The notes under the pieces are model-generated. The model worked only from the letters and a program-made list of their open reading frames with translations. It was not told the DNA's origin and did not search any database. A stretch of DNA of 63,874 nucleotides, counting the filler, from Octopus bimaculoides (taxonomy: Eukaryota), in NCBI RefSeq assembly GCF_001194135.2. It is 7 parts of 6 records of this genome, joined end to end, with 100 filler letters (N's around TTAATTAATTAA, not from the genome) between each part and the next. Parts side by side here need not be neighbours in the genome. Positions count along the whole stretch, not along the records: positions 1 to 23,435 come from NC_068987.1; 6 more parts are not named here. One strand, given 5' to 3'. A program made the translations under genes and the position numbers. Below are positions 1 through 13,667 of this stretch, in pieces. Within the stretch, counting starts at the first letter, position 1. Every line of letters begins with the position of its first letter.

Positions 1-300
1 ATACAACATTCGAGCGTGGTCGTTGCCAGTGCCGCTGGACTGGCTCCCATGCAGGTAGCACATAAAAAACACCTTTTGAGCATGGTCGTTGCCAGAACCG
101 CCTGACTGGCCTTCATGCCAGTGATACATAAAAGAACTCACTACACTCACGGAGTGGTTGGCATTAGGAAGGGCATCCAGCTGTAGAAACTTTGCCAGAT
201 CAGATTGGAGCCTAGGGCAACCTTCTGGCTTGCCAGTCCTCAGACTGTCCAACCCATGCCAGCATGGAAAGCGGACATTAAACGACGACGATGATGATGA
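1..300 (+). mobile_element. tRNA-derived SINE, 3' half with (GAT)n tail
   Basis: Ends ...catggaaagcggacattaaacgacgacgatgatgatga. Related copies at 8941-9184, 17017-17204 and 13505-13625(-). Confidence 0.8.
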
Positions 301-774
301 CATTGTCTGATGAATGGGAGCTAACATTACATATGACTATTGTGAATCTTTTCCCTTTTCAGTCGTGAACTAAGCTGGTGATTCTACTAACCATAGTCCA
401 ATAGCGGCTCTTCTTCCTACTAAAATCAATATATGACAGTTTCGACTACTTATCTCAGCCAAATGGTAGGCTTAAATGGTGTTATTCCTGAAGCTCTTTC
501 CTCAGAATATTCCATATACGTTTGCCATCAACAGGGACAGTTGGGAATCGATAATGGTCAAACCTCTCTATTGGAATTATGCTGTTTATACAAAGAGTCA
601 ATATTTCAATTGGGTTATCTACCAGAATAGCATTCTTCAGGAACTAGTCATATTCAGTCGGGCCAGAGCTATAGCAGAAGACGCTTGCCTCAAGCGCTGC
701 ACAATGGAACTGAACCCAAAACCACAGGGTTACTAAGCAAACTTCTGAACCACACAGCTATATATATATATTCT

Positions 775-985
775 TTTATTCTTTTATTCTTTTACTTGTT
801 TCAGTTATTTGACTGCGGCCATGCTGGAACACCTTTAGTTGAAGAAATCAACCCCAAGACTTATTCTTTGTAAGCCTAGTACTTATTCTATTGGTCTCTT
901 AACCCGAACCGCTAAGTTACAGGGATGTAAACACACCAGCATCAGTTATCAAGCAATGGTTGGTGGGGGAAAATGCAGAGATACA

Positions 986-1023
<38 letters not shown>

Positions 1024-1505
1024 NNNNNNNNNNNNNNNNNNNNNNNNNNNNNNNNNNNNNNNNNNNNNNNNNNNNNNNNNNNNNNNNNNNNNNNNNNNNN
1101 NNNNNNNNNNNNNNNNNNNNNNNNNNNNNNNNNNNNNNNNNNNNNNNNNNNNNCAAGAAAAAACAACATGACAAAACACATACAAAGTATTAATAAGATG
1201 CTCAGAGAAAGAAAAGAGTGGTTGTTTTACGTTTTGAGCAAAGTTCTTCATCAGAAACAGGAGACAGAGGAAAGTCCAAGAGAAAAAGAAGACAGAGGAA
1301 AAAAGTCACTCACAATCCACATGTGGTTACATTTTGGGATCATATATGTATATGACGGGCGTCTTTTAGTTTCTGTCTACCAAATCTACTCACAAGGCTT
1401 TGGACAGTCCAAGGCTATAGTAAAGACACCTGCCCATGGTGCCCCACATTGGAACTGAACCCAGAACCATGTGGTTGGGAAGCAAGCTTCTTATTTCACA
1501 GTCAC
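775..1505 (-). mobile_element. tRNA-derived SINE interrupted by microsatellite, gap and a hammerhead-bearing element
   Basis: Head (ggttctgggttcagttcc B-box-like) at ~1335-1505. Tail ...ccagcatggccgcagtcaaataactgaaacaagtaaaaga at 775-990. Confidence 0.7.
1223..1259 (-). ncRNA. Degenerate minimal hammerhead motif, same family as 42328-42364
   Basis: Minus strand TGTTT-CTGATGA-A-GAAC/TTT/GCTC-AAAAC-GTA-AAACA. Perfect helix I, G12-to-A lesion. Flanks 1160-1320 align with 42270-42400. Confidence 0.55.
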
Positions 1506-1649
1506 TATGTATATATATATTTTATATAAATATTTTCGATTCCAAGTGCAACACATTTTTGATTCCATACATTTTGTTGTTGTTGTTGTTGTTGTTGACT
1601 GTGTTTTTTCTGTGTTCTCCACAAAATTTAGCCTATCTTCAACATGCAT

Positions 1650-2683
1650 TATTGTCTCTTAAAACTTCCATCCACCTCCCTCCCTCATCACCCATTACCG
1701 CCATCAACACCACCACCATCATCATCACCATCATCATCACTGTCACCAACAACAGCCCTACACCTTTTGCTGTCTTCCCTGTACCTCACCTGGCTTCCCT
1801 ACCCACCCACCCGTACACCTATCATATACGGTGTCATGTCCCCTTCAATAACCTTTTACACCTTTTACACTCCACCCTCTACCCCATTCCCTCCCTTCCG
1901 CCTCTACCATCATTGTGTATTTTCTTCCTCTCCACACAGCCATACTCTCTCTCTCTCTCTCTATCTCCCCTCAACCATACATGCACATGTAACCCATGCT
2001 AGCATGGAAAGCAGACATTAAATGATGATGATGATGTATGCATACACACACACACACTCTCTCTCTCTCTCACCATCCCTCTCTCTCTTTCTCTCTGCAC
2101 AACTACACACACAGAGGCATGCTATCTCTCTCTCCTCTTCTTTCTCTCTCTCTCCTTCACTCCATGCACACACACATACACATATGTAGCACACACACTA
2201 ACATGCACACACATGCATACTTTCTCTCTCTCCCTCTCTCACTCTCTCCATACACAAACACACTCTCTCTCTCCCCCACACACATGCATACACTTTCTCT
2301 CTGCATACACACTCTTTCTCTCTCTCTTTTTCTCCACAACCATCATACTGTCTCTCTCTTTCTCATACCCCACAAGCATGCACACACACACACATACGCA
2401 CACACACACACACACACATACGCACGCACACACATACATACATACAATCTCTCTCTCTCCTGCTAACACATTCTCTCCTCCTCTTCCTCCTCCTCATAGT
2501 CATACACCTTCCCATAAACTCCATCTACATCCTACCACCCCCACCACCACCACCACCACCTAACCCTGTCATCTTCCTTTTTTTTCCTTCTTCCCATACA
2601 TTTTTTCCTTCCTCTTCCTCATTCTCCTTCACTAAACATACAAACCATTCTTTCCCTTCACAACCATACTCCTTCTTCCTCTA

Positions 2684-2722
<39 letters not shown>

Positions 2723-3760
2723 TCCTCACTACAACTATACTCTCTCTCTCTCCCCACAACTGTATTCCCTCTATATTTTTCTCTCTCTCTCTCTCTCTCT
2801 CTCTTCACAATTGTATTCTCTCTCTCTCTCTTTCTCTCTCTCTCGCTTCCTCTCTCTCTCCACAATTGTATTCACTCTCTCTCTCTCTCTCTCTTTCACA
2901 CACACATTCTTTCCCTCACCTACACCCTCAAATAACCCCTTCACTCCCTCTTTCTCCCCATTACCCTCCCTCTCTCCCTCTCCCTCCTCCTCAATCTCCT
3001 TCCCCTCCCTCCCTCTCTCACACACATACACATCCTCCTCCTCACCCTCACTCTCCATTAACCCCTTCACTACCTCACACCCCATCACACTCTCCCTCTC
3101 CCTCCTCCTCTATCTCCCTCCCTCTCTCTCTCTCTCCCTCACACTCCCAGATCCTTCTCCTCCCCCTTCACCCTCCAATACCACCCCTTTTCTCAGTCAC
3201 CCCACCCTGAGCCCTCACCACAATTCCTTGTCCTCCCCACCTACTCACACACCCCACAACAACCTGCTATGGCAGTGGGGGAGGGGACTTAGTCTCTCTC
3301 TCTCTCACACACACATCTTTCTCTTCTTCCCCTTCAACCATCATCAACAACATCATCCTCATCATCGTCATCATCATCATCATCGTCACTACCACCATAA
3401 GCAAATGTATTAGCATCACTCCACCACCACTACCACTACTACCAACATCAGCCTCATCATCATCACCACCACCATCATCATCACCACCACCATCAAACAT
3501 CATCATCATCATCAACACTGCTCATATGCCCATCATCATCATCGTCACCATCATCGTCATCATCATCATCACCACCATCATTATCACTTCATCACTACTG
3601 CAACCGCCACCACCACCCTACTAGCCATCACCCACTCCCATGACCATCACCCCCTAACATGCATACACTGTTGCTGCTTCCATTTTTATTTGTCTTTGTT
3701 GTCATTGTTGTTCTCTTTGCTGTTGTTGTTGCTGTTGTTGTCACCTTCATCAGTGACAAC
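1650..3760. repeat. Low-complexity CT/CA/CAT-rich tract
   Basis: (CT)n, (CA)n, (CAC)n and (CAT)n mosaics account for the Ser/Leu/His/Thr ORFs. Confidence 0.9.
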
Positions 3761-4670
3761 NNNNNNNNNNNNNNNNNNNNNNNNNNNNNNNNNNNNNNNN
3801 NNNNNNNNNNNNNNNNNNNNNNNNNNNNNNNNNNNNNNNNNNNNNNNNNNNNNNNNNNNNNNNNNNNNNNNNNNNNNNNNNNNNNNNNNNNNNNNNNNNN
3901 NNNNNNNNNNNNNNNNNNNNNNNNNNNNNNNNNNNNNNNNNNNNNNNNNNNNNNNNNNNNNNNNNNNNNNNNNNNNNNNNNNNNNNNNNNNNNNNNNNNN
4001 NNNNNNNNNNNNNNNNNNCATCATGAACTAACAACAGGAAACAATTTATAGAGCAATCATATTAGGTAAGAGCCTGCCATTCATTCATTCTCTCTTCCTT
4101 CCTTCCTTTCTTTCTGTCTTTCTTTATTGTTCCTGTTGATCTTGTCTTTATTGTTGCTGTTGTAGTCGAAATGGTAAAGCAGTGAGAGAGAGAAACACAC
4201 AGACAGAGAGAGTGGGGGGGAAAGAAAGGGAGCCAGCAGGCAAGTTAGTGGCGAAGGACCCCCACCCACCCCGGCACACACACACACACACCCGAGGGTG
4301 GGGGTAAGGGTTGGGAATTGTTGTTGCCATGGAAGCACTTGTACCAAGGGACCTACAAGCCTTGGTAAACATTGACAAAAATTATGTAAAAACAATGGAC
4401 TATATAAGTGTGTGTATGTGTGTGTGTCAGTGAGTGTATGTGTGTGAGAGTGTATATGTGTATATATAGATATATGCATGTATGTATGTATATATGTGCG
4501 TGTACAAATATATATATNNNNNNNNNNNNNNNNNNNNNNNNNNNNNNNNNNNNNNNNNNNNNNNNNNNNNNNNNNNNATATATATGTATATGTATATATA
4601 TAAATATATATGTATATATAAATATATATGTATATATATATATGTGTGTGTGTGTATATATATGTGTGTG

Positions 4671-4708
<38 letters not shown>

Positions 4709-4913
4709 CAAATGACAGACAGAAGGAGAGACTCAATGTATGGGTATATATGTGTGTATGCGTGTGTGTGAAGTGTGTGTGTGTATGTATAACTATATGT
4801 GTGCATAAGAAAGAGAGAAAGACAGAGAGAAAGGAAGTGTGTGCGTCAATGAGTGTATGTGCATGTGAGTGTGTGTGTGTTTATGTGTATATATATATAT
4901 ATTAACGCACACT

Positions 4914-4962
<49 letters not shown>

Positions 4963-4977
4963 TCTCACACACACTCT

Positions 4978-5015
<38 letters not shown>

Positions 5016-5240
5016 AATAACAGAGGAGTGACTCAGTGTGTGGATGTATGTGCATGGCTGTGTATGTAAGAGAGGGAGATTTAAAGTATATGAGGGAGAG
5101 AGGGAGAGATAGATTGTGTGTGTGTGTGTATGTATGTGTGTGTGCGTATATGCCTGTGAGTGTATGTATATGCTTATGAGTGTGTATATGTATTCAAGCG
5201 AGAATGAGGGAGGAAATATATGTGTGTGAAAGGGTGCATG

Positions 5241-5273
<33 letters not shown>

Positions 5274-5700
5274 TTGTGTATATAAAAGGATTCATGTGTA
5301 CAAATGAGAGTAAGTGTATGTGCGTGTGTGTGTGTGCATGTGTGTGTGTATGCATGTATATGAATGCATGAATCCATGTGATGCAGTCGTAATTGGCTAT
5401 ACACACCACCGAAATTTCGGGGCCCTGTGCCTCCGTTAAAAATCAATATACACACTTATATATATGCATATAATTGTATATTCATATATGTACGTATCTA
5501 TGTACGTGTATGTACGTATTATGTACAGATGTGTATGATGATGAAGCATGAGTTTATATATGTGTGCATATGTATATACACACACACACACACACACAGA
5601 AAGAGAGAGAGAGAGGTGGGTGTATAAACAGATACATGCACAGTTTGTGTACATACTAATCTATGTATATTTGTACAAAGGGGCTTCTAGAAAGGGGTGC

Positions 5701-5760
<60 letters not shown>

Positions 5761-7762
5761 ACTCGCACCAGTATATAGATGGAATGAAAGGCAGACAGAT
5801 ATTCATGTATATATGTTCGCAAGAACATACACACACATTATCATATGTGTGTATGTGTGTGTGTGAGCATGTGCGCATGTGTGAGCATGTGCGCATGTGT
5901 GCGCATTTGTGTGTGTGTGCATGCACACACATACATCCATTTATATACCTACGTACACACACACACACATATATATAAATAAGCATATAAATGCATGTAT
6001 GTTCATGTGTGTGTATATATACATTTATATATATATATCTACACACGTTTATATGTATGTATGTATATATATATNNNNNNNNNNNNNNNNNNNNNNNNNN
6101 NNNNNNNNNNNNNNNNNNNNNNNNNNNNNNNNNNNNNNNNNNNNNNNNNNNNNNNNNNNNNNNNNNNNNNNNNNNNNNNNNNNNNNNNNNNNNNNNNNNN
6201 NNNNNNNNNNNNNNNNNNNNNNNNNNNNNNNNNNNNNNNNNNNNNNNNNNNNNNNNNNNNNNNNNNNNNNNNNNNNNNNNNNNNNNNNNNNNNNNNNNNN
6301 NNNNNNNNNNNNNNNNNNNNNNNNNNNNNNNNNNNNNNNNNNNNNNNNNNNNNNNNNNNNNNNNNNNNNNNNNNNNNNNNNNNNNNNNNNNNNNNNNNNN
6401 NNNNNNNNNNNNNNNNNNNNNNNNNNNNNNNNNNNNNNNNNNNNNNNNNNNNNNNNNNNNNNNNNNNNNNNNNNNNNNNNNNNNNNNNNNNNNNNNNNNN
6501 NNNNNNNNNNNNNNNNNNNNNNNNNNNNNNNNNNNNNNNNNNNNNNNNNNNNNNNNNNNNNNNNNNNNNNNNNNNNNNNNNNNNNNNNNNNNNNNNNNNN
6601 NNNNNNNNNNNNNNNNNNNNNNNNNNNNNNNNNNNNNNNNNNNNNNNNNNNNNNNNNNNNNNNNNNNNNNNNNNNNNNNNNNNNNNNNNNNNNNNNNNNN
6701 NNNNNNNNNNNNNNNNNNNNNNNNNNNNNNNNNNNNNNNNNNNNNNNNNNNNNNNNNNNNNNNNNNNNNNNNNNNNNNNNNNNNNNNNNNNNNNNNNNNN
6801 NNNNNNNNNNNNNNNNNNNNNNNNNNNNNNNNNNNNNNNNNNNNNNNNNNNNNNNNNNNNNNNNNNNNNNNNNNNNNNNNNNNNNNNNNNNNNNNNNNNN
6901 NNNNNNNNNNNNNNNNNNNNCCACCACCACCACCACCAGCAGCAACTAATCTCAGCTACCCTTCCCACAATTATTCTCCCACAGGGGGTGGAAAGATAAG
7001 AATAAGGGTGGAGAGCAGGGCCCAAGGTGGGAAGATCGAAGTAAAGCCGAATGCACCTTGGTGAAACATCACACATTTTGCATGTGTTGTTTGTGTTGTT
7101 CGTTTGTTTGCTTTTATGCTGGGTTTTTTTTTTCAGTTTTGTTTTTTTATGTTCTGTTTGCTCCAAGATTTTCTTTGAAGACGCTTCTAATGAAGAACTT
7201 GAAGCAGAAAACTGAAGAAATCCTAAGAATTAAAGTTGAAATGAGAAAAGAGAATTAAAATAAAGAAATAAAAATTTTAAGTGTGGGTGTGTGAGTAAGA
7301 GCTTTGCAGCCCAACCATGTGGTCTTGAGTTCCGTCTCAGTTAGCAGCAGCTTGGGTAAGTGTGCTCTGCTATAGCAACCTGGGACCAACCAATGCCTTG
7401 TCAGTGGATTTCGTAGATGTAAAGGGGAAGAACATATTGTGTGGGTGTGCGTGTGCTTATGTGCGTGTGTGTGCTTATGTGTGTGTGTGTGTGTGAGCGA
7501 ATGTGTGTGCGTGTGTGAGAATGTATGTGTGTATGAGTGTGAGAATGTGTATGTGTGTGTGTGTTTGTGTGTGAGTGTGTGAGAATGTGTGTGTATGTAT
7601 GTGTGAGAGCGTGTGAGAATGTATGTTTGTGTGTGTGTGTGTGTGTGTGTGTGAGAATGTGTATGTGAGTGTGCTTGTGTGTGTGAGAATATGTGTGTGT
7701 TTTTGTTTATTTGTGTGTGTATGTGTGTGTGAATGTGTGTGTGTGAATGTGTGTGTGAGAAT

Positions 7763-7798
<36 letters not shown>

Positions 7799-7822
7799 AA
7801 GAGAGAGTGAGAGATCAGATGT

Positions 7823-8110
7823 AGTTTTGTGGTCTGAAAAGGCAAGGAAAACAATCTTGATGGAGCTCACAGTCCCATGGGAAGAAGGGTGTGATGAGGC
7901 CCTTAAATGGGGGTGAGCCAAGCGTGAGGACCTTTCTGTAAGATTGCATGGAAAGGGAATGGCAGTCATGGCCCTCTCCCCAGTCAAGCTTGGCTGTAGG
8001 GGAAGGATGCTTACAGCCATGGGAGTGAGAGGAAAAGAGCAAAGGGCCACCACTGTGCGCAAGATGGGAGAGACAGCTGAAGGCACCTCTGGTTGGTAAC
8101 AGAGCAAGAG
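7823..8110 (+). mobile_element. Hero/NeSL-like non-LTR retrotransposon 3' fragment (restriction-like endonuclease domain), frameshifted
   Basis: [30 protein letters not shown]...(V)KLGCRG...MGETAEGTSGWL, the D..E-LTVPWE / GCRG pattern of RLE C-termini. Confidence 0.7.
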
Positions 8111-8169
8111 AAAGGACTTAAGATGGAAAAATCATCATCGTTTAACATCTGCTTTTCACGCTGGTTTAC

Positions 8170-8935
8170 CAGGAGCTGGTCAAGTACTCAAGTTACTCAC
8201 CTGCTTAATGCTCAATTTCCCATCACTCAATATTCAAGGTCACCTTCCATTCAACAGAAAAGGTCACCTACTTCTTGACATGCAAAGCCAACCTCTACTC
8301 GACATTGAATAACACACCAAAGTTACTCACTACTCAAGATTCAAGGTCATCCACTTCTCAAGGTCATCCACTTCTCAAGGTCATCCACTTCTCAAAGACA
8401 GTCTCTTTTCAAAATTCAAGGTCACCCGTTCCTCTAGATTCAAGGCCATTATTTTAGGTCAAGGTCAAACACTTAATAATTAAGGTCACCCACTTCTCAA
8501 GGCCCAAGGTCACCCAATCATCTAGAATCAATGTCACCAGCTTCCCAAGACTCAAATTCACCAGCCTTCCAAGACTCTAAGTCAGCCAAATATCAAGACT
8601 GAAGGTCACCGACTTCTTAACACTCAAGGTCACCCACTTCTCAACCCTTAAGTCACTTACTATCAAAGCCCCAAAGTCATCCATGTCCCAAGACTCAAGG
8701 TCACTTTCCAAGACTCAAAGTCATCTAGTATCCAAGATTCAAGGTCACCAACTTCACAAGACTCAAGGTCACTATCCAAGACTCAAATCATTCACTTCTC
8801 AAGACTCAAGGTCACTCATTCTTCTAGACTCAAGGTCACTTCCTAAGACTCAATGTCACTTCCTAAGACTCAATGTCACTTCCTAAGACTCAAGGTCACT
8901 TCCTAAGACTCAAAATCACTTCCTAAGATTCACAG
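8170..8935. repeat. Degenerate ~17-21-bp minisatellite (actcaaggtcacttcctaag)
   Basis: Units become homogeneous 20-mers towards 8820-8930. Confidence 0.85.
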
Positions 8936-8940
8936 ATCGT

Positions 8941-9184
8941 TAGACTGGCTCCATTTTGAGCGTGGCCGTTGCCAGAACCGCCCGACTGGCCTTCGTGCCG
9001 GTGGCACGTAAAAGCACCCACTACACTCTCTGAGTGGTTGGCGTTAGGAAGGGCATCCAGCTGTAGAAAAACTGCCAAATCAGATTGGAGCCCGGTGTAG
9101 CCATCTGGTTAACCAGTCCTCTGTCAAACTGTCCAACCCATACTAGCATGGAAAGCGGACGTTAAACGATCATCATCATCATGA
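8941..9184 (+). mobile_element. SINE 3' half, same family as 1-300
   Basis: Near-identical to 70-300 and 17017-17204. Confidence 0.8.
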
Positions 9185-9534
9185 TTCCCAAGGCAGTGAA
9201 CAATGAATGTAGCGCTACATCATCATCATCATCATCATTTAACGTCCACTTTTCCATCCCTGCATGGGTCAGACGGAGTTAAGGTAGATTTACTACGGCT
9301 GGGATGCCCTTCCTGTCACCGAAAAAGACCGGATGGTCATAGCTGGTGGTCATGGATGGAATTTCTTTGATCAGAAGTCTACTGTAGTAGGGGTAGGCTC
9401 AGGATTAAACAACAACAACAACAACAGAAACCACCACCACCACCGCCACCCACATCATGAAATTTCTAAAGCCGTTATAAAACATGAACGATGAGACAAA
9501 GACATTGATACTAGCATTCTTATTCAACACATTA

Positions 9535-9560
9535 TTGATGATGATGATGATGACGATGAC

Positions 9561-9598
<38 letters not shown>

Positions 9599-9735
9599 TG
9601 ACGATGACGATGACGATGATGATGATGATGATGACGATGACGATGACGATGACGATGATGATGATGATGACGATGATGATGATGACGATGACGATGATGA
9701 TGATGATGACGATGATCATGGTGATCATGATGCAG
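9535..9735. repeat. (GAT/GAC)n microsatellite
   Basis: About 60 interleaved GAT and GAC triplets. Confidence 0.95.
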
Positions 9736-9950
9736 CATAAACCCCTGGTCTGTCCTGATTGAGTAAATCTACACACTGAAATCAAATTATGATCATATGG
9801 TTGTTGTTTTGCTTAGGCACAAAGTACCCCGGCCTACATTATCCAATGGTCTCTACTTCAGAGCAAAGGGTTTTGATTAAAAGGAGACTTGGCTGTTATT
9901 TCTAGCAAACTGGATATATATCACATAGAGAATGGCTGGCTGGCTCTCTC

Positions 9951-9984
<34 letters not shown>

Positions 9985-10558
9985 TCCCTCTCTCCCTCTC
10001 CCTCTCTCTCTTTCTCTTTTTCTCTCTCTCTCTGTGTCGTTGGCCTCAGGCATTGCTGTGCAGTTTAGTGCAGAACAGGTAACAACACACTGAAGTGATA
10101 AACAGCCATCCAGAACGTGAATTTCGATTAAGTTGCCAACAGAAGACAGATTGTAATGCGATAACTGACAGCTAACAAAACAAACAGCGGAAAACAATAG
10201 AGAACGGATATCAGTTTGCTAGGAAGAGCTGAGAGGTTACAAGTTCAATCTCGGCCTCTGGCGCACTGTTTGCCTTATGGGTGTGACACATAACTCTCCT
10301 TGGCTCAGAATCAGCATCGGTGAAAATTAATAGCGAAACCATATTAATTTCAAGGTTGAATGCCTACAGAATTGGCAATAAGAGCATAGGCATAGACGTG
10401 GTTGTGTGGTTTACAAGTTTGCTTCACAACCATATGGATCCAGGTTCAATATCATGGTACAGTACTTAGAGTAAGTATCTTCCACTACAGCTCCAAACTG
10501 ACTGATATTTCGGTCAATATGAGGCTATGGCGGTAAAATTTAGTAAACAGTAACTGTA

Positions 10559-11392
10559 CAAGGTCTGTAATATTATGTTGAATCAAAAGTTTGGCAAGAT
10601 TTTGGTAACTTAGTTGGTTTATTCATAAATTTATAACAAAAACAGCCTAGTATTTAAAGTAGGGGGCCACAGTGTTGCACCGTCTGATGCCGCCTTTATA
10701 CCAATTCTTTGATCCCATACTCATACCAGTTCTTGTTCTTCGGGGTGAAGAATTCCTTCACTGAACCTTCCACTTCTTGAATGATGAAGTGTTGCAAGCA
10801 CAAGACATGAGTCATGGATTGGAATGAGTAATAATTCAAGGGAGTTGGGTCCAGACTGTATACCAGGTGTGAAATCAGCTCAAGTCCCTCAGGTTCCAGG
10901 GTTTTTTCTGAGTCATTCAAGTGGTATAGGATCGTCTGTCGTCTTCTTCCAGAAGACCTCACTTTCATTTAATCAACGCCAGGTATTTCTGCCACACAAT
11001 GACATACATCCATGAAATGCTAACCTCACCTGGTTCTCTCTGAGAGCTACTCACAGGATCTGTCTCTATGGCTTGGAGCACAGTCATGGAATCTATGATT
11101 TTAGGCCTTCTAAACCTTGCCTGATTGTTGAGGTTCTTGCAACCCATGTGAAATTTCTTGAACCATATGGTTACTGTAGTGATCAACTGTGCCTTCACCT
11201 TTCACACCACAAATGTTTTTGATTGTTTCCAAATTGTTATGGTCTAATTAGAACTCATAAAGCATTAATTCCTTAATCAGACTACAGTGCACGTTCATCT
11301 GTGTGGCTTTCAAATCACATGGGAAGTGAAGCAATGCATGACGTGTCAGCACACCAACTACCACAATACTACCAATCTCAGCAGGAACCTTG
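10559..11392 (-). mobile_element. Degenerate mariner transposon fragment
   Basis: Remnant HLVYSLDPTPLNYYSFQSM...EVEGSVKEFFTPKNKNWYEYGIKELV resembles the mariner YSPDLAPxDY C-terminus. TA-caaggtctg-like end at 10557-10570. Confidence 0.75.
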
Positions 11393-11449
11393 TTTGTCCC
11401 CTCTGCGTTTAGCCCCTTATGGGCAATAAGAAATAAGAAATAAGAAATG

Positions 11450-11780
11450 AGTATGCCAGGTGAAACGCTCAGCGGTATTTCGTCTGCCGTGACGTTCTGA
11501 GTTCAAATTCCGCCGAGGTCGACTTTGCCTTTCAGCCTTTCGAGGTCGATAAATTAAGAACCAGTTACGCACTGGGGTCGATGTAATCGACTTAATCCCT
11601 TTGTCTGTCCTAGTTTGTCCCTTCTATTTTTAGCCCCTTGTGGGCAATAAAGAAATAAGAAACATTAGCACTAGGCTTAAAAAGAATAAGTCCCGGGGTC
11701 AACTTGTTCGACTATAGGCGGTGCTCCAGCATGGCCGCAGTCAAATGACTGAAACAAGTAAAAGAACAAAAGAATAAAAG
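11450..11780 (+). mobile_element. Adjacent SINEs: GAGCTGGCAGAAACGTTAGC-type body with tail ...gtgggcaataaagaaataag, then a gtgctccagcatggccgcagtc-type tail
   Basis: B box ctgagttcaaattcc. Many related copies across the window. Confidence 0.8.
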
Positions 11781-13031
11781 AATGGCAAATAGGGTCCAGT
11801 ATGGCTATGAGGGTCCAGAAGAGTAAAAATAGGGATCAAAAGGTCCCATCAGTAGAAAATGGCTGAGAACTACCGGTAGAAAGCAAGTATAACTTTGAGT
11901 TCCCTATTGGTTACCCCCACTGGTTACCCCCATTCACTGAATACTGTGTCTTTGGGTTACAATCCTTACTGATTGATTTCTGACCTTACTGGCTAAAAAG
12001 CAAAAAAAAAAGGGTCTGGAGATTATTACAGGATCTGTGATTTAAGGACTGGTTGCCTTAACAGTGGTCCCTGGTATGAAAATGGTAACAGTAGTAGTAG
12101 CAGCAGCAGCAGCAGCAGAAGCAGCAGCAATCACGACTAAGAACAGTAACTGCAGTAGTAGTATTAGTAGAGGGAAATAACATTCATGTCAGTGGTGGTG
12201 GTTGTGGTGGTGGTGGCGGCAGAACAGAATCAGCTGGACCAAGCATAGAGAGACAGACAGACACAGAGAAGAGAGAGAGACAGAGGAAAGAGAGGAAAGA
12301 GAGAGAGACAGAGAAAAGAGAGAGAGAGACAGAGAAAAGAGAGAGAGAGACAGAGAAAAGAGAGACAGAGAAAAGAGAGAGAGAGAGGAAGTGAAAAAAT
12401 AGAGAGGAAAGAGACATGAAAAGATGGAGAGACAGGAAGAAGACAGAGAAAGAGAAAGAGAAGGATAGAGAGAAAGAAGACAGAGAAAGAGAAAGACAGA
12501 AAGAGGGGAGGACACTGATGGAAAGAAAGAAAGAAAGAAAGAAAGAAAGACTGATACAGCAGCAGCAACAGCAGCAATGAAACAGCAGCAGAAGCAGCAG
12601 TTAGCAAAGGATAATGTATTCAACAGTTTAGTTCCATGTAGAGTCTGTTAATTCACATCAGTGTGTGTGTGTGTGTGTGTGCGTGTGTGTGTGTGTGCGT
12701 GTGTGTGTGTGTGTGTGTNNNNNNNNNNNNNNNNNNNNNNNNNNNNNNNNNNNNNNNNNNNNNNNNNNNNNNNNNNNNNNNNNNNNNNNNNNNNNNNNNN
12801 NNNNNNNNNNNNNNNNNNNNNNNNNNNNNNNNNNNNNNNNNNNNNNNNNNNNNNNNNNNNNNNNNNNNNNNNNNNNNNNNNNNNNNNNNNNNNNNNNNNN
12901 NNNNNNNNNNNNNNNNNNNNNNNNNNNNNNNNNNNNNNNNNNNNNNNNNNNNNNNNNNNNNNTGTGTCTGCACCAAACACCAACAACCAGCCGATGGCAA
13001 CTGCAAGCCTGCTGCAGTTAAGACCACCAAA

Positions 13032-13063
<32 letters not shown>

Positions 13064-13455
13064 TGTGTGGCTATGTTGACTACCACCACCACCACCACCA
13101 CCACTGCCACCACCGCCACCTTAGTATTACCTACTTCTACTATGAGCCAACAAGAGAGACCTCTGTGTGGTGGCACAGCCTGCTAGAAACAACAGCCACA
13201 CATCCCCTTCGAAATCATATTTTACTCTCTTTTAAAACAACATAAGGGGACGTATTGAGTAAAGTGGTCCCAAACATAGGACAGCCATGGCTGGAATGAC
13301 TTTGATCATAGACCGAATCAATCAGGCCTTGACCTGCGGTTAAATAACAGCAGCTATTTCTACTTTAATTAATAATGATAATTAAGAATAATGATGATAA
13401 TGATAGATAACAATCATAAATGATCATAATAGCTATAAGTGATAACAAAGACACC

Positions 13456-13496
<41 letters not shown>

Positions 13497-13622
13497 TTAA
13501 AATAATCATCATCATCATCATCATCATCGTTTAACGTCCGCTTTCCATGCTAGCATGGGTTGGACGATTTGACTGAGGACTGGTGAACCAGATGGCTACA
13601 CTAGGCTCCAATCTGATTTGGC

Positions 13623-13665
<43 letters not shown>

Positions 13666-13667
<2 letters not shown>

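Noticed and set aside
362-660. Exon-like signals (ttttcag...ATG|gtaggc) and ORFs 433-736
   Set aside because: Stops in all frames of the putative exon, and no recognisable protein in either strand.
8170-8935. Regularly spaced repeats suggesting a CRISPR array
   Set aside because: No unique spacers, eukaryotic context and no cas genes. It is a minisatellite.
9535-9735. GAT/GAC alternation could encode pure poly-Asp
   Set aside because: There is a stop a few codons upstream and no splice signals. CpG/TpG interconversion in a microsatellite explains it.
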